This document shows, piece by piece, positions 11,521 through 23,110 of a DNA stretch of 64,000 nucleotides. The stretch is from NCBI RefSeq assembly GCF_038025025.1, contig NW_027117341.1, forward strand, positions 806,001 to 870,000, read 5' to 3'. The translations under genes and the position numbers were made by a program. The notes below the pieces were generated by a model. That model made no database searches, was not told where the DNA came from, and worked only from the letters and a program-made list of their open reading frames with translations. The stretch comes from Phyllosticta citribraziliensis. Its lineage: Eukaryota. Each line of letters starts with the position of its first letter. Position 1 is the first letter of the stretch.

Positions 11521-12309
11521 CTAACAAAAGTCTTCAAAGACTATGTTGCCGTATTGGTTGCGGTAGGAGCCGCCAGTCGACTCGGTGGGGGGAGTGGCAG
11601 AGTCGGTCTTGTCGGTGCGAGGCCGCTTCTTCGCCTTGGAGGTGCGAGGTTGCGAAGTGGCCTTGCGCGAGGTGACGGTGCGCAAGGGCTGCGGCTGCGG
11701 CTGCGGCTGTATTGTCCTTGCCGTCGACGTCGTCGTCGTCGTCGTCGATTGAGGCTGCTGCTCTTCTTTGTGCACCGGCTTGGGCACGCGAGCAGACCCA
11801 CTTTTCACCAAGACCCTTCCGCGATCGTCGTGGTCCCCGCACACAGTTTTGGCGACTGCGACTGCGACTGCGACCTCGTGCGACTGCTGTTGCTGACAAC
11901 GGCTTGGTTCAGCGGCACAGCAGCAGCCTTGCGACGGAAATGCACAAACCTTTGGGCTCGGGGCGGGCGTGCCCGTCGCCGAAGCGTAGCCCTCGTCTTC
12001 GGCAAAGTGCACATGCTTCCTGACGCGCCCACTTCTGCCGCATTCTTTTGCCTTGTTCTGGCCGTCCTTCCCGACCGTCTCGGAAGCGTGATGCCGGTCG
12101 CCGTGGTCCTTTGCAGGGCGGCTTCCGCTCCTCGAGTCGTCGCGCGGGATCGAGACTACGGCTGCTTCAGGATAGCGGCTTCGGGTGACGACATCGACGT
12201 AGGTGGTCGGGCGGCAGGCTTGGAGTTTGAGTTGCAGGGCGCAGGAAGGCTTTTCATCCTGAGCCGAGGCGTCGGGGCGAGCGTCTTTGGCGATGATGGC
12301 GGCGGGCAT
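11521..12309 (-). CDS. Hypothetical disordered protein (262 aa) with an RVxF-like motif
   Basis: ATG ORF preceded by a pyrimidine-rich leader on the minus strand. Low complexity, contains RKHVHF and DEGYAS. No recognised family. Confidence 0.45.
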   Translation of the reverse strand: MPAAIIAKDARPDASAQDEKPSCALQLKLQACRPTTYVDVVTRSRYPEAAVVSIPRDDSRSGSRPAKDHGDRHHASETVGKDGQNKAKECGRSGRVRKHVHFAEDEGYASATGTPAPSPKVCAFPSQGCCCAAEPSRCQQQQSHEVAVAVAVAKTVCGDHDDRGRVLVKSGSARVPKPVHKEEQQPQSTTTTTTSTARTIQPQPQPQPLRTVTSRKATSQPRTSKAKKRPRTDKTDSATPPTESTGGSYRNQYGNIVFEDFC

Positions 12310-13178
12310 GTTGGTGCGGAGGCACTTGCAAAGCTCAAGGTTAGAGCGAAGAAGGCAGCGGCATCAACCAAGGAAACAGTTGAAAGGGAGTCGGAGTGGA
12401 TGGACAGGTGAAAACTGTCTCTCAAGGGAGAAGAGAAATCAAAGATTTTCAGAGTCGGGGGAGGTTGCTGGGATGCCTGGATGGACAGGAGCGGAGCGGT
12501 GACTGGTGATGGACAGGACGTCAAAGGGTCAAAAGGTGGAGAGCCATACCAATGGCGAGCGGGACTGGATGCTGGAGGAGTGATTGACCATGTATGGCAT
12601 TGTGGGATGATGGGATGGGGGGGTTGTTGATGCACGCGACAAGACGACGGGACGCGTTGGACTTTAAGGACGGGGGGAGGAGTCAGGTCCGTCCGTCTCC
12701 GCCGACAGAGGAGTGACGCGGGCATTTCAGACTATTCCAGTCGTATGCCTTACCTTACCTTACCTTAGCCGTTGTGTGCAGGCATGCATCGTTTCAGCCG
12801 CCGGCCATGACGGAATTGCGCCCATTTCTCGACTGGACTGGACTGGACTGGACTCGCTCTGCTTGGACTGATGCGGACACCAGCAAAAGCAGCCCACACG
12901 CCGACGAATCTTCATGCGCCCCTTGGTTCCTGTGCTAGCGCCATCTGTACGGTATCCTTGATAGGCAAAGTTAGTCGCCCGCTGCCCCCCATGGCGTCAT
13001 ACTCCGTGACTACACCACCGCAGACCATCCCAGATTACATCAGCCACAGCCCATCCAAACCCACCCACCCACCCACCCACTCATGCATCCAACCAACGTC
13101 CAACCGCGCTTTCGCTCCCCTCCTCCTCCTCCTCCTCCTCCTCCTGCATCCTGCGACCCTCCCATACTCTTATCCGAC

Positions 13179-15555
13179 ATGGCCCCAGACAGAGGCATTT
13201 CTGCCGCCTCCTCGTCAACTCCTCCCGCCTCCAAGCCCGACGACCATGCTTATCGCACTTCGCCGACGCCCGCCTTCTCCCACCGCGACTCCCACGATGG
13301 CCATGACGCCCGCAACCTTCTCGCCGAGCGCGCCGCCGAGCCGCAAAACTTTACACTGCGCGGCATCCTCGTCGGTCTGGCCATCGGCGTCGCCATATGC
13401 TTCTCCAACATGTACTTTGGCCTGCAGACGGGCTGGGTGAGCAGCATGGCCATGCCCTCGGCCTTGCTAGGCTTTGCCTGGTTCAAGCTCATTGCGCGCT
13501 ATCTCTCCGTGCCATTCTCGCCCGTAGAAAACGTCCTGGTACAGTCCGTGGCCGGGAGCGTTGGCACAATGACCTTGGGCTGCGGCTTTGTCGGCGTCAT
13601 TCCCGCTCTGCAATATCTGCTCAAGCCAGAGGAAAACGGGCCGCTGGACATTGGCCTGTGGAAGTTGATATGTTGGTCCGTCGGCATCTGCTTCTTCGGA
13701 GTCGTCTTCGCCGTTCCGCTGCGACGTGAGGTTATCATCCGGGAAAAGCTCAAGTTTCCGAGCGGAACTGCCGCTGCACTCATGATTGGCGTGATACACG
13801 GAGAGGAAGGAAAAGGCGCCGTCATTCGCCAGGATAACGCTAGACCAGCCAATGGCGACCCTGACGAGCGCGAGCGCTTGCTGGCTGATGGCGCATCGCG
13901 ACGTCCCGTGGCCGACGCGCCCCCACCACATGATTACCCTGAGAGCCAGGTCGACTTTACGACGGGCACCAGCGTAGATGAAATGAGCAACTGGAGGTCA
14001 AAGGTCCGCCTGCTCATCTTCTCATTCATAGTATCTGCAGTTTATGTAGGTGCCTCTTATTCGTTCGTAGGAAAAATGCTCATGAGTTTCAGACCGTCTT
14101 CAGCTATTTTGTTCCCCAAGTCCGCAACGTGCCCATCTTGGGCCTGACACTGGCCAACAAATGGCTGTGGACCCTGAATCCAAGTCCAGCATACATTGGA
14201 CAGGGCATCATCATGGGCCCCGAAACGACCCTCCACATGCTTCTGGGTGCCATTCTAGGTTGGGGCTTGCTGTCCCCCCTCGCCAAGAGTAAGGGATGGG
14301 CCCCTGGACCTGTCAGTGACTGGGAAACTGGCAGCAAAGGCTGGATCGTGTGGTTGAGCTTGGCCATTATGCTCGCAGACTCTCTCGTCAGTCTGGGCTG
14401 GCTCATCGTGCGTCCTCTTGTAAAACACGGCCGCAAATGGCTGCCACGTCTCCACGACCATGCACGGACGCATTCTTGGAGAGACATTCTAACCTCTAGA
14501 ATCACGTCTCGCGACTACGACTACACTGCCCTGGATGGGACAGACCCGTCTTCCAATACGGATCCTGCTCTCGCCTTGAAGCGCACCCACTCCTCTACCC
14601 CTGAAGACGATGCACCTCCCGAACATCTCATCTCTAACCGCACCACCATCATAGGTCTTTTCGTTTCTCTCCTCCTCAGCATCCTCGCCGTGCACTATGT
14701 CTTTGGGTCCATGGTGCCCCTACAACTCAACATCCTCTCCTTATTCCTCGCGCTGCTCCTCTCCATCATGGGCGTGCGCGCCCTGGGTGAAACGGACCTC
14801 AACCCAGTTTCCGGCATCTCCAAACTGACGCAGCTGCTCATCGCGCTGGCCATCCCACACGCAGCCAGCAACCCCAACGCCGTCGTCATCAACCTGGTCG
14901 CCGGCGCCGTGTCCGAGTCGGGCGCGCTGCAGGCCGGCGACCTGATGCAGGACCTCAAGACAGGCCACCTGCTGGGCGCCGCGCCCAACGCGCAATTCTG
15001 GGGCCAAATGATCGGCTCCGCCGTCGGCGCCGTCCTGTCGGCCGTCATCTACAAGCTGTACACCAACGTCTACGAGGTCCCGGGCAAGCTGTTCGAGGTG
15101 CCGACGGGCTTCGTCTGGATCTTCACCGCCCGCCTCGTCACGGGCAAGGGCCTGCCCGAGATGGTTGGCACGTGGGCCGTGGGCGCCGGCGTCGTCTTTG
15201 CCCTCGGAACTGCTGCGAGGGTATGGGGCCAGAGCCGCAGCAGCGGCAGAGGCTGGACCAAGTTTGTCCCTGGCGGCATTGCTGTCGCCGTCGGTGCGTA
15301 TTGTCTCTTCTTTCTTGTTACGTCTACCCGCTCTTCGCACTTTTGGTGCTAACGTTGCGACCTGCAGGCATGTACAACGTCCCCTCCTTCACCCTCGCCC
15401 GCACCATCGGCGGCATCATCAGCTTCGTGTGGCGCGACCGCCTCGGCCGCGCAGAGACGCCCATCATCGTCCTGGCCAGCGGCTTGATCCTCGGCGAGGG
15501 CCTGTTCAGCATTGTCAATCTGGCACTTGCCAGCTTGAGCGTGCCGCATTTCTAG
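13179..15555 (+). CDS. OPT-superfamily (YSL-like) oligopeptide transporter
   Basis: NMYFGLQTGW, ENVLVQS, LKFPSGTA, GETDLNP, GDLMQDLKTGHLLGA, ASGLILGEG. Exons 13179-14045, 14093-15293, 15368-15555. Confidence 0.92.
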
Positions 15556-16528
15556 AGCGAGTGGAGCGCAAATGTTAGAATTAGGGAGAGGAGTGTAGGT
15601 TTGCTGGGTGCTTTTCCACTGGAGGCTGTGCGCGAAAGGAAGACTGGCGATTGAAGGTGAAGGCGGAGTTGCGAGTGTGTGTGTGTCTGTGTTCGCTTGA
15701 TACCATTTGTCTCCTGCGTTGTCTCTTTTCATCAACCGTTTTGCAAGCGTCGACGCTGATGACTCGTGTAGTGCTAGAACTTTTCTTCTCCCGTCTCTTT
15801 CATCTACGACAAGACATGAATGACATAATGGCTCTTCATCCGTGCTTGAACCACCAACGCAAACACAAGCAGCTTTTCCATGTCGTGAGAAACCCCCGGC
15901 TCGTCTTGTCAATCGTTTGCCTTTTTGCGCCTGGCTGGCTGCGAGGTATAAAACTGACGTTGGTCGCCTTGAAGGAGCAGGCTCCAGTGCCTCTTCTTCC
16001 GTCGGGCTGCGCGCTGATGGGAAGTTTCATGCGGCCATTGTGCGTGCGCTTGTTGTACATGCCACTTTTCCTCTCTCGTTCTTTCCGGTCTCGGTTCTGC
16101 CTGAAGTGTGCGTATCATGAAGAGTTGGGACGAGGTGCACAAGATGCTGGTCTTCCCATTGTTCAGAAACAACGAGTGGGACGCCATCTGCTGGCGAGTC
16201 GCCAGACAATTTCTTTGTCGTCAACACGTCGCTGAACCCCTTACGTTTTCTTGCTTCCTCATTTTTCGCTCTCAGCCCCTGCTCTTTCGCTGCACCACAT
16301 TGCTCCAGCTCCCTCGTATGCAACTTCGCTTTACTCCAATTGAGGGCTACTTGCACTCTGCGCGCTGACAATGCACAGGACGAACTTCTACGCCGTTCTA
16401 CTCCAACACCCGCAGCTTGTCCACACACAATGCCTACACACATTGTTCAAATTCGACCCACCTACAAAAGTCCGTCCTGACCCCCGCATCCCCTTTCAAC
16501 TCGACAACACCAAACCAAGCCGCACAAC

Positions 16529-16987
16529 ATGGCCGAAAGACGACAGCGCCCCAAGACGCCGCGTCCGCGCGGCTTCCTGCTGCATCGCGAACTCAGCGTC
16601 GTAAACTACAACGTGCTGAACGCGCCCAATAGCCCGGCCGCCTGTGCATCTGGCTCGCATGCTGTCCGCATGAGAGAGACGGTGCTGCGGCATATTACAG
16701 AGAAGGAAGCGGCTGCGCGGGTGGAGGCTCAGACTCAGTCACGGCGTGGTCGTCTGTTGCAGCGCGATGCGCGCGAGCGTGCAGATAGAGGTGGGTCTAG
16801 GGGGTCGGCTGCGTCTTTGGAGCAAAAGCAGCAGCAAAAGCAGCACTTCCATGCCGTGGCGTCCTCGCGATGTTCTCCTTCTCACGATGAGATGGAGCAA
16901 GACTTTTCATCTTCCTTTGGAGAAGCGATTGAGATTTCGGAGGAGGACGAGGCGGCATTCCGTGCTGAGCTTGTGCCGTTCGATTGA
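16529..16987 (+). CDS. Orphan protein A (152 aa), paralogue of 17382-18032
   Basis: ATG ORF sharing PRPRGF..R.LSV.NY.V and VL.HI with the next ORF. Acidic C-terminus. Confidence 0.65.
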   Translation: MAERRQRPKTPRPRGFLLHRELSVVNYNVLNAPNSPAACASGSHAVRMRETVLRHITEKEAAARVEAQTQSRRGRLLQRDARERADRGGSRGSAASLEQKQQQKQHFHAVASSRCSPSHDEMEQDFSSSFGEAIEISEEDEAAFRAELVPFD

Positions 16988-17381
16988 GTCTGGGTAAGTG
17001 TTCTCGAGCTCTGAGTAAGTTTTGCTTCGGCAGAAAAATAAGCATTGTCTTCAACCCGGGATTTTTGCAAGATGCGGCATGTGCGAGGTGAATGAGCGAA
17101 TATTCGAACGATATGATCGATCATGCTGACTGTTTCGTCCGATCAGGCTCGAAGAAATTCTCAGGGGTATCACTGTTCAAGGTCGATGCCCTGAGGTGTT
17201 AGACCACGCCTTGTTTTGCCAGCTAACATCTTTCCAATATCGCACGCTCGACGCTCCATGATTTCTCAACAGCAACCGTCCGTTTGTACATAGACATTAC
17301 CACAATGTCTACCCTCACGCTCGACTATAAAATCCGCTTTCCCCCTTTATCATTCCTCCCTCACCAAACCATTCCCACAGC

Positions 17382-18032
17382 ATGGAAGGTGAAGAACGAG
17401 ACCAGCGCAACCCGCCCCCTCGCCCCCGGATGCCTCCGCGTCCGCGCGGCTTCCGTAAAGACCGCGCTCTGAGCGTGATCAACTACTCGGTGCAGAGCAC
17501 CGTCAGCGGCAATAGCCGGCTGCCGCTGCAGCGCGGGCCTCCGCGCGCAAAGCAGCTCGTCCTGGCGCATATCCGACAAGAGCGCGCGCAGGCCGGCGAG
17601 CAACAACGACAAGCATCTCAACGCAGCGTTGGACGCGGCGGCCGCCGCTCTGTCGACGACGATAGCGCCGCTGTCGTTGCGCAGACGCGTCAGGCCACCG
17701 CCACCGCCGCTGGCAATGTTGCCGAGACCACTGACTCCATGAATGGCGCGAGCGATGAAGGGGCAGCTGCGCGCCGCCGCAGTGGCCCATCGCATCCACG
17801 GACGGTTGGGCGCAAGTTGCAACGCGCCCGCCTCACCTCGCCGACGGGCTTGCCCGATCGTGGAAAAGAAGAACAAGAGAGGAAGAGGGACGAGAGCGCT
17901 GGCACGTCCTGTTCCTCGGACGGAGACAAGAACTTCCAGGATGAGCTGGAGGCGATCGATCAGGTTGCGAGGCTGTATGGAGACTTGTCTGAGATTTCCG
18001 ACGCCGAGTTGGACTTCTTCGATGAGCTGTAG
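17382..18032 (+). CDS. Orphan protein B (216 aa), paralogue of 16529-16987
   Basis: TATAAAA at 17326-17332. Shares a 19-nt identical stretch and the protein motif with gene A. Acidic tail EISDAELDFFDEL. Confidence 0.7.
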   Translation: MEGEERDQRNPPPRPRMPPRPRGFRKDRALSVINYSVQSTVSGNSRLPLQRGPPRAKQLVLAHIRQERAQAGEQQRQASQRSVGRGGRRSVDDDSAAVVAQTRQATATAAGNVAETTDSMNGASDEGAAARRRSGPSHPRTVGRKLQRARLTSPTGLPDRGKEEQERKRDESAGTSCSSDGDKNFQDELEAIDQVARLYGDLSEISDAELDFFDEL

Positions 18033-18547
18033 TAGGCTTTGTTGCGTGGGTCTTGCCTGGGTAGGGTTTGAGTGGTGAGTCAGTACCGTTTCCCTCCAGA
18101 TCGAAAGGAAAGTAGAAGACGAAATGATCTCGTCTTTTGGTACCGGCTTGGTGGCCGGCACGTTAGTTAGTGTTGAGAATTTGATAGTCTTTTCCTTGCT
18201 TTGTTAGAGTCTTTCCTGGATCAATGTTGTATATTCTTGTCCATTGAGTGTTTGCAGGGCAAGTAAAAATTAACACCCTCGAGTGTTAATCCTCAGTGCG
18301 GACTGGTTGCTGCCTCGATACAGGTGGTCTGTGTGTAAACATCGCGACGGTGACTATATATTTTCCTGGGGTTCCTCTCGCAGTACAACCAAACAACAAC
18401 ACTTCAAAACATCCACGAAAACTCGCACGCCTGCAATTCTTCAACGCATTCAGCGGCATTTTATCTCTTTCGAGCTCAGAATCACTTCGGTAATTCTTCC
18501 TTCTACTCAAAAGTGCGGAATCATGACGCTCATGCTCCTCGCAGATC

Positions 18548-19309
18548 ATGGTCCAATCAAATCTCTCTCGCGCCTCGTCCTCTTCTCCTCCGAGCATAGC
18601 AAGCTCTCGAGATGGCGATTCGCCGAGCACCTCTGGCTTCTCCGGTCCTGCTACCTCGACCGCGATCAAACAACCCCAGACATCCTCCGAGAGCGACCCA
18701 GAGAGCCCGAGCCTCGAGAACACAGCTCTGCAGCACAAACACGAGCAGCAGCAGCCACATCATTTTGCGGTTGACATCCACAGCGACGGAAGGTTCATGA
18801 GTGCCCTCAGAGCCATCCACGCCTCCGACCAAGGCGAAGCTGTAGTCCCGAAGCGCGACACAAGCGTCACTTCCAACGGCGCCGCCAAAACAAGGCTTGA
18901 GAACACCACTGAGACATCAAGTCCGGAGAAGAATTCACCATCGCCTGTCAAAAAACCACGCCGAAAGCTGCAACGTTCTCGCGCTTTCTCCATCGACAGG
19001 TCGCCTTCTCCGTCCGGACGCGTCTGCGAAATTGAGGATGGTGGCGAAGAAGCTCCCGCCTCGAAGCGCCGAACAACCATCACTTCCAACGGTGCCGCCA
19101 AATCAAGGCCTACAAACACAACGGAGAGACCAAGTCCGGAGAAGAAGACTCCCTCGCCGGTCAAGAAACCGCGCCGCAAACTGCAGCGCTCCCGCGCCTT
19201 CTCCATCGACAGATCGCCTTCTCCGTCCGGGCGCATTTGTGAAATCAACGATGGTGATAAGGCGGGAGAGGACGAGCTCTGTGCTCTGTTCGACAACATC
19301 AATCGTTGA
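18548..19309 (+). CDS. Orphan Ser/Pro/Arg-rich protein C (253 aa) with an internal 71-aa-offset duplication
   Basis: Blocks 18867-19043 and 19080-19256 differ largely at synonymous positions in this frame. Confidence 0.7.
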   Translation: MVQSNLSRASSSSPPSIASSRDGDSPSTSGFSGPATSTAIKQPQTSSESDPESPSLENTALQHKHEQQQPHHFAVDIHSDGRFMSALRAIHASDQGEAVVPKRDTSVTSNGAAKTRLENTTETSSPEKNSPSPVKKPRRKLQRSRAFSIDRSPSPSGRVCEIEDGGEEAPASKRRTTITSNGAAKSRPTNTTERPSPEKKTPSPVKKPRRKLQRSRAFSIDRSPSPSGRICEINDGDKAGEDELCALFDNINR

Positions 19310-19953
19310 TCTTGAATGGCACACTCTCCAAACAACAGTCTTCGGTATGGATGCTGGGATTTGGTCGGTTGGGAATGGAGGACTTTTGAAAGGGAAATCG
19401 GGAATTGGAAAACACGCGAGAATTCGAGTCTGATCTCCTTCAAGGCGAATACATGGGATTCCGCGGACGGACAACGTGGGATGAAGATATCAGGGGCGCT
19501 TGGGACACTCTCTGGTTGGACTTCAGCGAAGGGCTTTTTGGTCAGGAAGGTTGTGGAATCAACGAGGAGGATGCCCCAGAGGACAATGTCTCTGTTACAA
19601 CCCCATCGATCAGAGAGAGCAACATCGAAGCTTTCGAATGACCTAGATCTGCACAAAAAACATACAGATTTGCGGTCCTACTTTCTTCGCCTAATTATTT
19701 CCAAGTTTTCGTTGCCGTACGCAAAGTTTCTGCCTTGAGATGGACGTCAGGCACCCCTACAGCGCGTCGAAGTTGGTGGTTGGGGGCGTCAACACGCGCG
19801 AGCGCTTGCGCGCGCTTTTCTTCTACGTGACGCGAGAAACGAACCGTCGTCACTTTCACCTTCCAACTTTCATTTCATGTCAAGATTCATCAAAACTACT
19901 CCATCGAATTCAATGCCTTTTCCGCGTTCAGGCTCTGCTCCAAAAATCCAACA

Positions 19954-20824
19954 ATGACACCGGTGGCCACGAAACACAAGCGGTCGCTGGAGATTCTCCA
20001 CGGACTGGAAGTTCGAGATGCGCCACACAAAGACGTTGCGGTCATCTATGGTCCCAGTACATACGTCGATAGGGTCTACGGAGCGCGCAACGGTGGACGA
20101 CTGCATCCTTCTGAAATCAACACAACGCGCGCGGCAGACGTCGTCAAGCAACACTTGGGATTCGGACCGGCGCCTACTTTCAGGACCTCAGAGCGACAAG
20201 ACCGGGGTGACCGCGATCCGATCGAGCTGAAGATTCCAAAACAGCGCAAGCGAGCCCATGCAAACGGCGTCCGAAGCCTGGGAGACTGCACGCAAGAAGG
20301 CGACACAGAAATTGAAAGAACCTGTGTTAGGGCGCGTCAGACAAACTCCTCGCCGGACCAGTGCTTGCTTCGCTGGTGCTGAAAGATTCGTGCAGCCTGC
20401 TGGTCAGAATGAGACGACCCAAAAAGACCAGGAGAAGCATGGAGGGGGAATCGAAGATCAGCAAAGCGACGGGTCTCAACACACAAGCATTGAACAAGAT
20501 GAGCTACCTCAATCCATCTCGGAAGAACTCTACGAAGCGTTTACTCCACCCGCGTCGTGGTCTGCTGAAGATCATTCCTTGGCTATTGCAACCGATCCAG
20601 AGAGCTCTCCGTCCGATACGGAAGACAGTCTCAGTGTTGGCGGGCCCACCGTGCCCACTGACTTGACTGTCGACGGTTCGACCGCGTTCTCTGCGCACTG
20701 CACTTCTGACTCAAAAGTTTCTTCGCTCGGCAGCTCATTCAACGAGGATGCGCCTATCTCTAAACGGAAAAGACGTCGCCGAATTTGCAGCAGCGCTATC
20801 ACTGCTACTTTCCACATGGATTAG
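19954..20824 (+). other. Two overlapping orphan ORFs (19954-20382 and 20258-20824), possibly one frameshifted gene
   Basis: acaATG start at 19954. The second ORF is acidic/Ser-rich with an NLS-like KRKRRRR. No intron found that joins the frames. Confidence 0.3.
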
Positions 20825-21620
20825 TTGACGAGTGATGTCCTGCGTACCAATTCTGCAAAGAGAGGGTGTGGAAGCACTCAGTGCAAAAGTTTGGTGCTGC
20901 GGTGAAGAACAAGCTACTTCAGTTCGCCTTACCTTGCAACATCCGTCATGGAGGGACATGGACAAGAATTACATGAGCAGAAAGATGCAGATGGCACTAT
21001 CCACGCAGCAGAGCCGCGACTTGTAGATTCAATGAAGGATCACGCTAGTCCTCAGTCGCTCAGGGCCGCTCATACAGGCGCTTCATCTGTATAGACTTGC
21101 AGAGAGTGCCTATACTTGGCCCACCAGCCTTGAAAGTGCTTGAACTATTGAGTTTCCGCTTATATCGTGAATCGGGATCACATTTATCGGTCAATTGCAA
21201 AGTGCCTTCTTCAAAAGACCAACCCCTGGATTTACCCCTGAGATCTATCTGAAGCGCATTTTACAACCAAAGACTGTCGTTCTTGCAAACTTTTGCATCG
21301 TTTCAAATTATTTCTAGTCTTTTCACAGTTCTGGAATGCTGTATATTGAAGATTGGTTCATCGCAGGCACACTACGCGTGGAACATTTCTGTTATATTCC
21401 GGCGGTTGAGCACGTGCCGCAAATGCCGCCCGCGATGTGAACTGAAGTGAATGGCGCTACCCTAGATGAGTTGCAGGTGCAACTGGAAGGGCCCAAGCTT
21501 TGCGCCCTCTGATAGCCCTTATTTACGACCACTGTTCTTCCCCACTTTCCGGCCAAGCTTCCAACAACCTGCTCTTCAAGTCAAGATCACCTACTCCTGA
21601 ATTCTTTCTCGACCACAGCA

Positions 21621-22275
21621 ATGTCTACTCTTCGCAACCGCGCAACTCCTGCTGAGTTCGCAAAGCTCTCCGGCGAATTCTTGTCTCTGATCGAGGAACT
21701 CAAGGCTATCAAGGACACTGAGTTTGCGCGGTTGGAGCAGGTCAGCTATCAGATCTGGAACGACAACATGACGATGAGGACGCACATCAGCAACTCCTAC
21801 GCTCCTATCACTCTACCCGCCTGGTTGATCTTGAAGAAGCCACTGACCAAGTCCTTCGTCACTCCCATGCTCACCATTCTCGAATACCTTCTTCCCCGCC
21901 TCGCCGACTTCCAGATCACGTACGAAGACGCTTTCGGCAAAGAGGAGATGTTCTCCAAGGTGATGGAAGGCTTCGATGTCTGCAAGAATGTGGACGCGGC
22001 TTTCCTGAAGTCTGTCGAAGAGGTCATGCTCCAGGTGAAGGAGAACAAGGAGCTCCGTTTCCGCCTCCTCGCACGCACGTCTCCAGTGCAGAGGGTCGAG
22101 CTCTTGAAGGCCAACGACGACTGGCCATCGCCCGCGGACTTTGGTAAGTACAGGCTTTTCATTGATCCCTGTAACTCGCTGATCGTTCTCCCCAGTCTGC
22201 CGCGCTCCCTTGCGTGTCTCAAGTGACCGGGTGGCCCTGGTGCGCAACATCGACCACGACAGCGCTTTCATTTGA
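21621..22275 (+). CDS. Orphan ~200-aa helical protein D, paralogue of the gene at 23426
   Basis: C/G-ending codon bias. Intron 22144-22195 (GTAAGT...GCTGAT...CAG), exon 2 ends SAFI*. Colinear similarity to gene E. Confidence 0.72.
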
Positions 22276-22727
22276 AGCATGGCGGCCCCTACACCATTCT
22301 GACAGTGGCAAACTCAACGCTGCACAATCGGACGCGGCGGATCAAGCTAACTGCGAGTTGGTTTTCCAAGCCTTTCACAAATAGCGGCTTCAAACCCCCG
22401 AAATGCCTATTGTTCGCGACCTGATCTCCGCGTGCGGCGCTCCAAGTCCAGAGCATCGATACCTAGTCCAGAAACAGTACGGAGGAAGATCTATCAATCG
22501 AGACGAAGGCATGGAGGAGCTGGATTGGAAAGAGACATGAGATCTGGCTTGGTTCTGGGCAGAAAAGGACGACAACAGGAAAATCAAATCCAGTTCTGAC
22601 GACCAAGCTCAGCATCAAATGTAGTCAAAGCAAATCTCTTCCCTACTTCCAAGTGGTAATCGTGAAAGATCCATGCCAAAGTCCTTTTCAAAGTAATGCC
22701 GTCCCCGGCACGCCGACTGTCTTTCTG

Positions 22728-23110
22728 CCTTATGCTCCCTTTATCTTGCCTTTTCTTTGCGACTACACTGTATCCTAAGCTTACCACTGAACTCAAGCGA
22801 CGAAAGAAACTATGCAGATCATTCCGTCTGTCATCCCTCAAAACCAGATAAACACAAAGAGTTCCAAGCATACCCTCAGCAGCCCAATTCAACTGCAAGC
22901 ATGACAAGCGATCAATTTCGGGCGTACAAAGACGGGTTCAGCGAGGATGAGATTTTTCGAAAGGCGATGGAGGGATTCATTTTCCTTTTCGAGCTCGAGG
23001 AAAAGCTCGTTAGGCAGGTCGATATAGTCAGGTGTGTTGTCAGGGGGCACTATGACCTTTGTGTGCCAGACACATCGCGCTGGCCACTGGAAACTGAACT
23101 TTTTGTATAG
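22728..23110 (+). pseudogene. Degenerate third copy of the D/E family
   Basis: YAPFILP (22731-22751) resembles YAPITLP in D. YKDGFSEDEIFRKAMEGF-x23-HYDL is colinear with FEDDFGEDERFKRVMDGW-x23-HYGL in E. The fragments lie in different frames with a stop between them. Confidence 0.6.

Noticed and set aside
11491..12411. 306-aa + strand ORF
   Set aside because: Non-ATG start and microsatellite-derived composition; it is antisense to the better-supported minus ORF.
19348..19641. Acidic Trp-rich reading frame after gene C, interrupted by TGA
   Set aside because: No good start and no similarity to its neighbours; cannot be told from noise.
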